Part shown: positions 8,756 to 18,834 of the stretch, piece by piece
Position numbering within the stretch: position 1 is the first letter of the stretch
Layout of the letters: each line of letters begins with the position of its first letter
Assembly (NCBI GenBank): GCA_963715865.1
Contig: OY970280.1
Coordinates: 704,001 to 768,000, forward strand
Reading direction: 5' to 3'
Source: Candidatus Bathyarchaeota archaeon
Lineage (GTDB): Archaea > Thermoproteota > Bathyarchaeia > Bathyarchaeales > Bathycorpusculaceae
DNA length: 64,000 bases
Notes under the pieces: generated by a model
The model's database searches: none
Told to the model about the DNA's origin: nothing
The model's input: only the letters and a program-made list of their open reading frames with translations
Position numbers and translations under genes: made by a program

Positions 8756-9688
8756 GTGCTTATGGGTTCTCAAGAAGTTTTAATACAAGCAAAGGGTTTA
8801 ACCAAGAAATTCAACGATTTGACAGCGGTAGACCACATAGACTTCGAAGTATACAAAGGCGAATGCGTAGGCTTCTTAGGACCTAACGGTGCAGGCAAAA
8901 CGACCACTGTCCGCATGATGTATTGCTTTCTGCCTCCAACATCAGGCGAATTAACCCTTGCAGGATTAAGCGTCAACAAGCAATGCAGGGAAATAAAAAA
9001 CATAGTTGGCGTAGCTCCGCAAGAGGAAAATTTAGACCCAGACTTCACAGTCACAAAAAACCTCACCGTTTACGCCCGTTACTTCGACATCCCCAAAGAT
9101 GAAGCCTTAAAACGAGCTAATGAACAGTTAAAATTTTTCCAGCTTGAAGAAAAAAGAGAAGTACCCATAGCCGCTTTGTCAACAGGTATGAAGCGGCGGC
9201 TGATTTTTGCTAGGGCACTGCTAAATCAACCGCAAATTCTACTCTTAGATGAGCCTACCACAGGTTTAGACCCTCAAGCACGGCATTTGGCTTGGGATGA
9301 GGTGCGTAATTTAAAGAAGAAGCAGGTTACCATAATTTTAACAACGCACTATATGGATGAAGCCGCTGTCTTATGTGATAGGATACTGATTATTGATAGA
9401 GGAAAAATTATCGAGGAAGGCAAGCCTGCCGAGCTTGTAAGGAAACACATCGGCGAAGAGGTTCTGGAAGTTGATTATGACGAGAAACTTCTGCCGACCC
9501 TGAAAGAGGCTTTTCCTGATGCACGTTTTGAAAGGTTAGGCGACCGCATGCAAATCTTCACAGATAAACCCCATGACGTCTTTGAAGGCTTCCTAAAAGA
9601 ACACTCAATGCAAAACGTGACCATACGTACCGCTAACCTTGAGGATGTTTTCCTTAAACTAACAGGAAGGGGACTTCGAGAAGAATGA
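8756..9688 (+). CDS. ABC-2 type exporter ATP-binding subunit (NodI/DrrA-like)
   Basis: GPNGAGKTT, LSTGMKRR, LLLDEPT. Confidence 0.92.
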   Translation: MLMGSQEVLIQAKGLTKKFNDLTAVDHIDFEVYKGECVGFLGPNGAGKTTTVRMMYCFLPPTSGELTLAGLSVNKQCREIKNIVGVAPQEENLDPDFTVTKNLTVYARYFDIPKDEALKRANEQLKFFQLEEKREVPIAALSTGMKRRLIFARALLNQPQILLLDEPTTGLDPQARHLAWDEVRNLKKKQVTIILTTHYMDEAAVLCDRILIIDRGKIIEEGKPAELVRKHIGEEVLEVDYDEKLLPTLKEAFPDARFERLGDRMQIFTDKPHDVFEGFLKEHSMQNVTIRTANLEDVFLKLTGRGLREE

Positions 9689-10518
9689 CTAGTACTAACA
9701 TTCGCAGGTCTCCAGCACGTTTTTCCATACCGAAATTAACTTACAGAGTTTGGAAGGTTTGGCACCGAAATTTTGACGTGTTCATGAAAACCATAAAAGT
9801 CAATTTTTTACCCTCACTTCTTGAGCCGATTCTGTACTTGTTGGCGTTTGGCTATGGCCTCGGCGGTTTCATTCAAAACATTGGAGGCCAACCCTACATT
9901 AATTTCATTGCACCTGCACTGGTAGCGATTGCAGTTATGAATGGCGCATTTTTTGAGTGCACATTTGGTTCTTTCGTGCGCATGTACTACCAGAAAACCT
10001 TTGACGCCATCGTTGCCACACCTGTAAGCGTTGAAGAAGTCGTTGCAGGAGAACTTCTTTGGGGAGCAACCCGCGCAACGATTAACGCGACCATTGTATT
10101 AATTGTGATTGCGGTTTTCAGGTTAATTACAAGCCCACTGTTTTTGCTTGTTCCATTAATAGCGTTCTTTGGCGGGTTAATGTTTGCCTCTATCGCAATG
10201 TGTTTTACTGCCTTAGCGCCTGATATTGACTTCTTTAATTATCCCTCATTCCTGTTTGTGACGCCGATGCTCTTTTTAAGTGGCACCTTCTTCCCGTTGA
10301 CATCATTGCCATCTACCGCACAAGCAACCGCAATGGCTGTTTTGCCTCTGACCCACATTGTAAACATAATCAGAGGAGTTGTTGCTGGGCATACAGAGGC
10401 AATCCTGGGATTTAACCCTCAAATACTGCTACCCATAAGCATCGCTTGGATAGTGTTAGTGGCCATATTCTTCTTCATAGTCAGCATTAACCTTATGAAA
10501 AAACGGTTAACAGGATAA
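9685..10518 (+). CDS. ABC-2 type permease (NodJ-like)
   Basis: Multiple TM segments, PMLFLSGTFFP, ATGA overlap with the ATPase gene. Confidence 0.88.
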   Translation: MTSTNIRRSPARFSIPKLTYRVWKVWHRNFDVFMKTIKVNFLPSLLEPILYLLAFGYGLGGFIQNIGGQPYINFIAPALVAIAVMNGAFFECTFGSFVRMYYQKTFDAIVATPVSVEEVVAGELLWGATRATINATIVLIVIAVFRLITSPLFLLVPLIAFFGGLMFASIAMCFTALAPDIDFFNYPSFLFVTPMLFLSGTFFPLTSLPSTAQATAMAVLPLTHIVNIIRGVVAGHTEAILGFNPQILLPISIAWIVLVAIFFFIVSINLMKKRLTG

Positions 10519-10525
10519 CCTTATG

Positions 10526-11449
10526 CTAAACCGTGATGCCTTTAATTTCGGCAACTATGAGGTAGTAAGCGGCTAACCCTTTCCATGTGCCCCACGACTT
10601 AGCGACTTCCCGCGCCTCAGCACTCTTTATTGGTTTTCCATTGCAATAGTACCTTGAAATCACTCGTCTTATGCCGAAATCGTCAGCTGGCAGGGCATCC
10701 AGTTTCTGCATTCCTCTTAGCATGGTTAACTCAGCGGTCCAAACTCCGATTCCCCTTATTTCATCAAGTTCAACAATGATTTGCTCGGGGATTTTGTTGT
10801 TTTTTAGGTGCTCAAGATCCAACTTTCCTTCCGCTATCAGTTTGGCTGCTTCTCGGATGTACTCGGCTTTCCGCTGGCTTAACCCGCAGTTGCGTATTTC
10901 TTCAATGCTTGCACATGCCATGCTTTGAGGCGTTGGATATGCATAGTAGGAGTCGCCGTTTAAGGTGAGAGTTTCACCGAATTTCTTCGCCAACTTTACC
11001 TCTACGATTTGCGCTACTTTGATGGAAATTTGCTGTTCAACAATAGAATCAACCAAGGCTTCGAAAACTGTCGGGGTAGTTGGGTTTTTTAATCCATACA
11101 ACTGCTTGGTTATTTGTTGCATTGTTCGGTCCTTTTTTATGTCTTCATAGAAGGATTGCAAGTCGAAGTCTAAGTTGAAAATGAATTTGACTGCTTCTTC
11201 CGCTTCTCGCTTATCTTGTAATATTATGGGATTGTTTGATTTTAATTCAACGTTTATTTTGGGTTGTTCAACGGTTCCTGTAGAGGTTAATCTGATTAGG
11301 ACTAGTTTGCCGTTAACTTTAAGAACTTGGCTGAATTGACCGTTTGCATAGCTTCGAATTTGTTTATCGCCATTTGCGAATATTTGAGCGGTTAAATCAA
11401 AATTGAAAGGCGCCAATGCTTGGATTGTAAAGGTTTCAGTGAAAGTCAT
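10526..11449 (-). CDS. alkA: DNA-3-methyladenine glycosylase II (AlkA, HhH-GPD)
   Basis: IVEQQISIK, HhH LDEIRGIGVWTAE, LPADDFGIRR. Confidence 0.88.
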   Translation of the reverse strand: MTFTETFTIQALAPFNFDLTAQIFANGDKQIRSYANGQFSQVLKVNGKLVLIRLTSTGTVEQPKINVELKSNNPIILQDKREAEEAVKFIFNLDFDLQSFYEDIKKDRTMQQITKQLYGLKNPTTPTVFEALVDSIVEQQISIKVAQIVEVKLAKKFGETLTLNGDSYYAYPTPQSMACASIEEIRNCGLSQRKAEYIREAAKLIAEGKLDLEHLKNNKIPEQIIVELDEIRGIGVWTAELTMLRGMQKLDALPADDFGIRRVISRYYCNGKPIKSAEAREVAKSWGTWKGLAAYYLIVAEIKGITV

Positions 11450-11550
11450 CTGGTTTCATCCTTGAAGCGTTGTCTTAACTGCTGCTTGAGGGATATTAAA
11501 GATTTTTAACCTGAAAGTTGTATTATAAGCAAACAAAAGGAAGGTTAATT

Positions 11551-12225
11551 ATGCGTCTAGTAGTGCGAATAGGCGGCTCCGTTGTAGCATCACCAGTTAA
11601 TACTGAATTAATGAGCAAATACGCTGACCTATTAAAAACGGTAAAATCTCAAGGCCATGAGGTTGCGGTAGTGCTTGGCGGTGGAGCTTTGGCACGAGAA
11701 TTCATTGGAATTGCTCGTAATTTGGGGTTGGATATGCAGGCGCAGGATGAGGTTGCGATTTCTGTTTCGCGCTTGTTTGCTCAGCTTTTCCTCAAAAAGC
11801 TTGGAAACGCAGGTTGTAGTAAAGTGGCGTTAACACTTGATGACGCAGCCGAATGTTTACGTGAAGGGAAGATTGTTGTGATGGGCGGTTTGAAGCCTGG
11901 AATCACCACTGACGCGGTTGCAGCGTTGGTTGCTGAACGGGTCAATGCTGATTTACTGGTTAAAGGCACGGATCAGGATGGCGTTTATGATAAAGATCCG
12001 AGGAAGCATGCGGATGCGGTCAAGCTTGATCGTTTGTCCTTTGATGATTTGCCAAAGATTTTCGAAGAGAGCGTACACAAAGCCGGGATGCATCAAATTA
12101 TTGATCCTGAAGCCGTTAAGGTTCTGAAGCGCCGACGCTTGAAGTTGATTGTTGTTAATGGTTTTAAGCCTGAGAACATTTTGGCTGCGGTTAATGGTGA
12201 GAATGTTGGAACGGTAATTAGTTAA
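11551..12225 (+). CDS. pyrH: uridylate kinase
   Basis: VVRIGGS, GGGALAR, PGITTDAVA, TDQDGVYDKDP; start taken at ATG 11551. Confidence 0.93.
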   Translation: MRLVVRIGGSVVASPVNTELMSKYADLLKTVKSQGHEVAVVLGGGALAREFIGIARNLGLDMQAQDEVAISVSRLFAQLFLKKLGNAGCSKVALTLDDAAECLREGKIVVMGGLKPGITTDAVAALVAERVNADLLVKGTDQDGVYDKDPRKHADAVKLDRLSFDDLPKIFEESVHKAGMHQIIDPEAVKVLKRRRLKLIVVNGFKPENILAAVNGENVGTVIS

Positions 12226-12278
12226 TTTTTCTTCCATCCCTCATGTATTTCTAACTTTTAATTTTGCAACAAGTTTAA

Positions 12279-12341
12279 ATATCACTTGTGATATCGCATG
12301 TGATATCAATACGATATCGATATCGATATCGAGGTGATATT
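12279..12341. promoter_or_regulatory. palindromic GATATC operator array upstream of PadR operon
   Basis: ATATCAC-TT-GTGATAT (12279-12294), ATATCGCATGTGATAT (12291-12306), CGATATCGATATCGATATCG (12312-12331). Confidence 0.65.
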
Positions 12342-12343
12342 GA

Positions 12344-12958
12344 ATGGATAAAGAAGAAAGAGAAGAAAAAAAGCAAATAAAACATGAAATGCGCGAAGAA
12401 AAACACATGATGTTCCACAGGCGAAACTGGCTACGACACAACGCCATGGTTCCAAAAGGATTCCTACGCTACCACGTACTTGAAGCACTCAACGAAAAAC
12501 CAATGTCAGGCTCAGAACTAATGGATGAAATCCAAAAACACACAGGCGGAACATGGAAACCCAGCCCAGGCTCAATCTACCCGCTGCTCGCTTGGCTCCA
12601 AGACAACGCCTACATAAAAGAACTGCCGACCGAAAACGGGTTCAAACGCTACGAACTAACACAAAGCGGCAAAGACTTGCTTGAAGAACAGACAAAAATC
12701 AGAGAAAAATTTAGCGCAAGACTCAGGTTTTATGGCAAGTCCCTTCTTTGACAGATTCTTCGGCAACATACCTGAGGAAAAAACAAACCAAATTCGCGCC
12801 TCAATGAAACGGCTATTCGTTTCATCGATAAAACTGGCTAAAGCTTTGAGAGAAAACTATTCTGAAAAAGAATTAGATGAAGCATTAAAAGTGCTTGATG
12901 AAGCTTCAACAGAAACTTGAAGAAATAAGAAACAAAATAAAAGGTGAAACAAAAATGA
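12344..12958 (+). CDS. PadR family transcriptional regulator, frameshifted
   Basis: KGFLRYHVLEAL...WKPSPGSIYPLL...RYELT. C-terminal part continues in ORFs 12681..12920 and 12895 after frameshifts. Confidence 0.85.
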
Positions 12959-13965
12959 GTGAAAACGAAGAAGTCATAAAAGTTGAAGGATTAACCAAAG
13001 TTTACAACCACAGCCTAACCGCCGTGGACCACATAAACTTCAGCGTTAAACACGGAGAAATCTTCGGTTTTCTAGGACCAAACGGCGCAGGAAAAACCAC
13101 AACCATCAGCATGCTAATAACAGTTATGAAACCAACCGAAGGAAAAGCCACCATTCTAGGCGGCGACATCGCAAAGCAAAGCATGGACGTACGAGGCTGC
13201 AATCGGCGTTGTTCCGCAAGAGTACACTGCAGACGAAGACTTAACAGGCTATGAAAACATTCTCTTATGCGCAGACCTCTACGGTATTCCACGTTCAGTT
13301 TCAAAAAAACGAGCGCATGGAACTACTGCAACTTAGTTGAGTTAACCAGCATTCAAAGATAAACGAGTTCAAACTTATTCAGGCGGCATGCGACGAAGAC
13401 TAGAGTTGGCATGCGGCTTAATTAACCGTCCAAAAGTGCTCTTCTTAGACGAACCCACATTGGGCTTAGATGTGCAAACACGGGCGGCAACATGGAACTA
13501 CGTTAAGATGCTCAAAAAAGAATTCGGCATGACCCTTTTCTTAACAACACACTACTTAGAAGAAGCAGATGCACTGTGCGACCGCATAGCAATAATTGAC
13601 CATGGAAAAATCGTTGTAATAGGCAGCCCAACTGAACTTAAAGACAGTTTAGGCGGAGACATCATAACCTTAGCATCCAAAAAGACGAAGACATCACAGA
13701 ATTAATCAGCAAAATTGAACATGTCAAAGAAGTCAAAAAAGAAAACGGCTCCTACATGATAAAATCTTCAAACGGAGAATTAACCGCACCCTTAATCATT
13801 GAAGCACTAAGAAAGAACGGTCATGTTGTAACAAAGCTTTCACTGACAAAACCAACCTTAAACGAGGTTTACCTGCAGTACACTGGAAAATCCATGCGTG
13901 ACGCAGAAGAATCACGGGAAGCAGTAATGCAGCAAAGAATGGCTATGAGGAGGGCAAGACAATGA
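12955..13965 (+). CDS. DrrA-like ABC ATPase, several frameshifts
   Basis: GPNGAGKTT; YSGGMRRRLE; LFLDEPT; pieces lie in different frames with breaks near 13195, 13315-13350 and 13678. Confidence 0.85.
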
Positions 13966-14862
13966 GCGAACGAAGAAACAAAGTTTCAAAAAACAGATTC
14001 CACGGTCTATGGGCTTTAACTAACCGAGAACTCAAGAAATGGTATCAGCAACCCGTTCGTTTTCGTAATCGGCATAATTCAGCCGATTCTTTGGCTAGCG
14101 TTACTTGGAAAAGCAATGAACATAGCGCAATGTTTTCCAGCACATCATTCCACCTTGCCCAGCATGCAACCTTAGTCACACAGCTTCAAGGGTTAGGCCT
14201 ACTTTGCTAGTCTGCAGAGCAAAATCATGATCTCTACTTTCAACACGGGAGATTACTTCTCTTTCATGGCTATGGGCATGGTCGCGTTCGTTACAGTCTT
14301 TACCACAGCTTTCGTCGGCATGTCAGTAGTTTGGGACAGACGCTTAGGCTTCATGAACAAAGTACTCAGCACACCAGTCTCGCGCTCAGTCATAATAACT
14401 TCAAAAGTGATCTCCGCAAGCATTCGGTCAGTATTCCAAGCAGCCATCGTGACAGTCATTGCTTACTTGCTCGGTCTCAAATTAGGCGCAAATTTCAGCG
14501 TCTTCAGCATATTCGGAGTCTTCGCAATAGTGTTCCTCATAGGCTTTGGCTTATCGTCGCTCTTTACGGCTATTACTTTAAGGACAACTAGAATGGAAAC
14601 GCCACAAGCAATCTTCAACCTGGTAACCTTGCCTTTAATGTTCGCTAGCAGCGCTTACTTCCCGATTAATTTGATGCCTGATTGGCTGAAACCAGTAGCA
14701 TACGCTAATCCAATATCGTACACAATTGATGCGGTTAGAAGACTGATGGTATTCAGCGATGGATTTGGGCCCCTGCCGCTTGACTTTGCATACGTTGGCG
14801 TCTTTGCAGTCGTTGTAACTGTCATATGTGTCGTTCTCTCCTGGAGATACCTAAACAAATAA
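13962..14862 (+). CDS. ABC-2 permease, frameshifted in 5' part
   Basis: N-terminus WALTNRELKKW; downstream GMSVVWDRRLGFMNKVLSTP and PLMFASSAYFP. Confidence 0.8.
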
Positions 14863-14904
14863 ATCGCACGACCAAATCAACAAGACCGATGTCGAGGAAT
14901 CTGC

Positions 14905-15594
14905 ATGGTACTCATCGTTGAAGCCGTAAACGTCAAAAAAACATACATGCTAGGAAAAGTCCCGGTAGAAGCACTCCGAGGAGTAAACCTCAAAGTTGAA
15001 ACGGGAGACTTCGTTTCCATACTGGGGCCATCCGGAAGCGGCAAATCAACGATGCTAAACCTAATCGGCGCATTAGACAAGCCTACTGCAGGTACACTGC
15101 TAATTGACGGCGTCGACATCTCCAAACTCAACGACAACCAACTAGCCGATTTGCGAAGGCGAATCGGTTTTGTTTTCCAATTTTTTAATTTAATACCAAG
15201 ATTAACCGCAAGAGACAACGTTGAATTATCAATGTCAATATCTGATATGGGAAGAGCGCAAAGAAGAAAACGCGCAGAAGAGCTTCTTGAAACCGTAGGC
15301 TTGAAAGACCGAATAAACCATAAGCCAGCTGAATTGAGCGGTGGACAGCAGCAACGCGTCGCAATTGCGCGTGCTCTCGCAAATAACCCCAAATTTCTCT
15401 TACTTGACGAGCCTACTGGAAATATTGATTCCAAAACGGCGAGCGAAGTTTTAGGATTAATCAAGAAGTTGAATGTTGAAAATAACGTTAGCATAATCAT
15501 GGTTACTCATGACCAGCATTTGGCTAGAGAAGCAAAAAGAACTGCGCAAATGTTTGATGGTCAAATTATTTCAGAAGTGGTGAATCAGGAATGA
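14905..15594 (+). CDS. LolD/MacB-type ABC ATP-binding protein
   Basis: GPSGSGKST, LSGGQQQRVAIARAL, LLLDEPTGN. Confidence 0.92.
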   Translation: MVLIVEAVNVKKTYMLGKVPVEALRGVNLKVETGDFVSILGPSGSGKSTMLNLIGALDKPTAGTLLIDGVDISKLNDNQLADLRRRIGFVFQFFNLIPRLTARDNVELSMSISDMGRAQRRKRAEELLETVGLKDRINHKPAELSGGQQQRVAIARALANNPKFLLLDEPTGNIDSKTASEVLGLIKKLNVENNVSIIMVTHDQHLAREAKRTAQMFDGQIISEVVNQE

Positions 15595-16916
15595 AAGCAA
15601 TAGATATTTTTGGTTACTCTTTCAGCGCAATTAAACTTCGCAAGCTTAGAGCAGCATTAACCACCTTAGGAGTGATAATAGGCATCGCTGCCATAGTGGC
15701 GCTACTTTCGATTACGCAGGGCTTGCAGGCAACCATAACTAATTCGCTTCAACAAGGATTATCAACCAACACGTTAATTGTTACACCAGGCAGTAGCGCT
15801 TTAGGAGCAGCCACTAGCGGAGGTGGCGTGGGAGCACGTGGCGGTGGTGGCGGAGGAGGCTTGGGTTTAGGCGGTTCCAGCTCAAGTGGTTCTGGGTTCA
15901 ATTTATATGTCAATTATACTGATCAAATTGACGCGCTGTCACCAGATATAGTATCCTCGTTTGCTGTGATACAAAGGACAGGTTACGTTGAGACCAGTAG
16001 TGTTAACCGTTCAGTTAGCATTTATGGTGTTGATTTTAACCAGTACGCTCAGCAGTACAGCAAAACTTTCATAGTAGCAACTGGAACCATACCGTTGAGC
16101 CCCACTGACAATGAAATAGTTGTTGGAACACGAGTAAATGATCCTGGACAAAACGGAACATTACTCTTCCATGCAGGCGACAACGTCGGCGTCATATGGA
16201 CCAATGCCACAACACTTCCAGTAGTAAACGAAACTTACACAGCCCAAGTTTCAGGCGTACTTCAAAAAATCGGAGGCTTCGGCATTGGTGGACCTTCAGA
16301 TGACGGCGTTTATATCCCAATAACTAAAGCAGAGAGCTTTTTTGGAACAGACCAATGTGACATGATAATCGTTCAACTGAAAAGCAGTGATAACGCTACG
16401 ATCACCAATGTTTCTAAGGCTATTACTGATCATTTTGGCGGTCAAGTTTCCGTCATATCTTCGACGGCGGTTCTAAGTTTGCTTTCAACAGTTTTTAGCA
16501 CAATACAGTTGTTCCTCGGCGGCATCGCAGCTATTTCGCTGTTAGTCGCAGGCATTGGAATAATGAACATAATGATAGTCTCGTTGATTGAACGCACACG
16601 TGAAATCGGCATACTTAAAGCGTTAGGCATGAAAAGCCGAACCGTGCTGACCATTTTCCTTGGCGAATCAGTCATAATCGGCTTAATCGGCGCCGTTGTC
16701 GGCATAGTTCTGGGCTGGATCTTAGCAAGCGTCACCGCGAGAGTTTTAGCTTCAGGAGCGTTCGGCGGAGGCGGATTCAGAATAACACCACTGTTAACTC
16801 CAGAGGTATTGTTGGGCGCTTTAGCTTTCGGTGTGGGAGTCAGCGTGATCTTCGCGTTGTATCCAGCGTGGCGCGCGTCTAAGCTTAAGCCCGTCGAAGC
16901 TTTAAGATACGAGTAA
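15591..16916 (+). CDS. MacB/FtsX-family ABC permease
   Basis: LTTLGVIIGIAAIV; ERTREIGILKALG; PAWRASKLKPVEALRYE; Gly-rich insert. Confidence 0.9.
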   Translation: MKAIDIFGYSFSAIKLRKLRAALTTLGVIIGIAAIVALLSITQGLQATITNSLQQGLSTNTLIVTPGSSALGAATSGGGVGARGGGGGGGLGLGGSSSSGSGFNLYVNYTDQIDALSPDIVSSFAVIQRTGYVETSSVNRSVSIYGVDFNQYAQQYSKTFIVATGTIPLSPTDNEIVVGTRVNDPGQNGTLLFHAGDNVGVIWTNATTLPVVNETYTAQVSGVLQKIGGFGIGGPSDDGVYIPITKAESFFGTDQCDMIIVQLKSSDNATITNVSKAITDHFGGQVSVISSTAVLSLLSTVFSTIQLFLGGIAAISLLVAGIGIMNIMIVSLIERTREIGILKALGMKSRTVLTIFLGESVIIGLIGAVVGIVLGWILASVTARVLASGAFGGGGFRITPLLTPEVLLGALAFGVGVSVIFALYPAWRASKLKPVEALRYE

Positions 16917-16943
16917 CATAGAACCAATAGAGGCGTTCCCCGC

Positions 16944-17390
16944 GTGAAACGGTTGTACCCTGACCAGCCAATCGTAGGCATCGGCGCAGTAATAGTCAGC
17001 CAAGGCAAGATAGCGCTTATAAAACGCGGAAATGAGCCAAGCAAGGGAAAATGGAGTATTCCAGGCGGATTGGTTGAGCTTGGCGAAAGCCTTGAGCATG
17101 CAGTCATCCGTGAAGTTAAAGAGGAAACTTGTCTTGACGTTGAGAATCCAAGCCTAATTGATGTAGTGGGCAACGTTGACTTAGACGAGAAAGGCAAAGT
17201 AAAATACCATTACGTAATAATTGATTACTTAGTGCATGTGAAAAACGGTACAGTTCAAGCTGCAAGCGACGCTGCAGAACTACGTTGGGTTCCATTTGAT
17301 GAAGTGGAAAAGTATGATTTGACAACGTCGTTTCGGATTTTCTTTAGGCATAACAGGGAAGGATTGGAAAAAGCTAATTCATATCTTTAA
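16944..17390 (+). CDS. Nudix hydrolase (ADP-ribose pyrophosphatase-like)
   Basis: Nudix box GGLVELGESLEHAVIREVKEET. Confidence 0.9.
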   Translation: MKRLYPDQPIVGIGAVIVSQGKIALIKRGNEPSKGKWSIPGGLVELGESLEHAVIREVKEETCLDVENPSLIDVVGNVDLDEKGKVKYHYVIIDYLVHVKNGTVQAASDAAELRWVPFDEVEKYDLTTSFRIFFRHNREGLEKANSYL

Positions 17391-18834
17391 AGAATAGTCG
17401 TGTTTCTCCCAGTGTTTTGATGTCTAAGGCTCGGATTCTGGCAACTATGGGGAAGTCGCCTACGACTTTGCCTAAAGTGAGGCAGTGGTGGGGTGGCAAG
17501 TCTCGGGCGATTGACCGCACTGTTTCTGCGTCCACGCGGGCGGCTCGGCTGACAACGTCTAGGTCATGTTCGTTGGTGAAGTTGAAGAGGAAAATGTTGT
17601 CGGCTTGGCGGTAAATGTTTTCCTGTATGGTGTCAGGCTGGTTGGTTATGAACGTTGTGAATATGCCGAAGTGGCGCATGCGGGTTACGATGTCGTCCCA
17701 GTAAGTTTCTCTCAAATAAAGGTGGGCTTCTTCTGCGAAGAGAAAGACTGCTTTCAGTTTCCAGCTTGAGAGGGAATCAACCAGTTTTCCAAGAACGTAT
17801 TCGACCACTATTTGCCGGTCGATGTTTGAGGTGTTGCGTAGGTTTATGACGATGGCGCCGCCCTGTTCCTTAGCCTTCAGAAGGCTCTCATCTAAAAGCG
17901 TTGCTTCACCCAAGCAATCAGTGAAGAAACCAGAATTAACGAAAGAGTGGAAGCGTGAAGCTAACGCGTCGCGCACATGCTGGTTGCAGTTTAAATCGCG
18001 TATTGCTTCGCCGAGTTCATGCATGTTTAGTTTGCCTTTTTCCTTGAGCATTTTCCATAATTGCCTGAACTCGCGGGCTGATGTTCCTGGCAGGTGCAGT
18101 GCATGTACTAGTATGCCCATCACGGTGTTTAGGTGGAGTTGTTCTAGGGCTACTTTGAAGTTCTGCGATGGCGTTAAGGTGTGGATTTTGTCGTAGTACA
18201 TGTTTCTTTTGCCGTCGTTTGTCATGCCTAGGCTGGAGTATTCGCCGTTTAAGTCGAAGATGACGACGGTTGCTTTGTACCCGATGAGGTTTACCATCAA
18301 GAGCTTGGATAAGTGGGATTTGCCGCATCCTTTCTTGCCTGTTATAATGTTTAATGTTCCATCTATTGATGAAGCATCAATAGTTAAGAGCGAGGAGTCC
18401 TTGGTGCCGCCCAAGATTATGGGGAGTTTACCCTCGACTTTTGCCATTTTCATAAGCATTGGTATGGATAATTTCTTGATGGTTGATTGTGAACGGCTGG
18501 GAAGCCAGCTGCTGCTTGGGCTTAACATTTCGTTTTCCAAGGTTGCCCTTATCTTGCAGATCAGCAAGCTGGCGTCTTGAATATAAGTGATGTGTGGGGC
18601 GATTTCCATGGGGTCGATGTCTTCGCCTTGGAGTGGTTCGCCTCCGTCTGGAAGCGTTCTCAAAAGCTCCTCAAGTACTCCAGGGACAGCCGCGAATTGT
18701 ACGTCGATGACTTGGGCGATTAAGGCTTTTCCTGCGTCTTGGTCTTCGACGAGCAGATAGTCGCCTTTTTCAGCGCTTTCAGTTGGGAAACTGATGATTT
18801 GGAGGATGTTGCCTTCTTTTTTGTAGAGTTTCAT
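17374..18834 (-). CDS. HerA/FtsK-family ATPase (HAS barrel + DUF87)
   Basis: N-terminal barrel GDYLLVED...AQVIDV; Walker A GKKGCGKS; FDLNGEY; Walker B FAEEAH; MRHFG; TNQP. Confidence 0.8.
   Translation of the reverse strand: MKLYKKEGNILQIISFPTESAEKGDYLLVEDQDAGKALIAQVIDVQFAAVPGVLEELLRTLPDGGEPLQGEDIDPMEIAPHITYIQDASLLICKIRATLENEMLSPSSSWLPSRSQSTIKKLSIPMLMKMAKVEGKLPIILGGTKDSSLLTIDASSIDGTLNIITGKKGCGKSHLSKLLMVNLIGYKATVVIFDLNGEYSSLGMTNDGKRNMYYDKIHTLTPSQNFKVALEQLHLNTVMGILVHALHLPGTSAREFRQLWKMLKEKGKLNMHELGEAIRDLNCNQHVRDALASRFHSFVNSGFFTDCLGEATLLDESLLKAKEQGGAIVINLRNTSNIDRQIVVEYVLGKLVDSLSSWKLKAVFLFAEEAHLYLRETYWDDIVTRMRHFGIFTTFITNQPDTIQENIYRQADNIFLFNFTNEHDLDVVSRAARVDAETVRSIARDLPPHHCLTLGKVVGDFPIVARIRALDIKTLGETRLFFKDMN

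Noticed and set aside
12279-12341. GATATC array as a parS-like site for the ParB protein, or as a CRISPR repeat
   Set aside because: It sits directly on the PadR promoter/SD, 11 kb from the ParB gene, and has no spacers.
12895-13254. Genuine PadR-ABC ATPase fusion or programmed frameshifting
   Set aside because: An SD and ATG precede the ATPase, one fewer A in the A5 run gives a normal ATGA overlap, and there are too many indels without slippery motifs.
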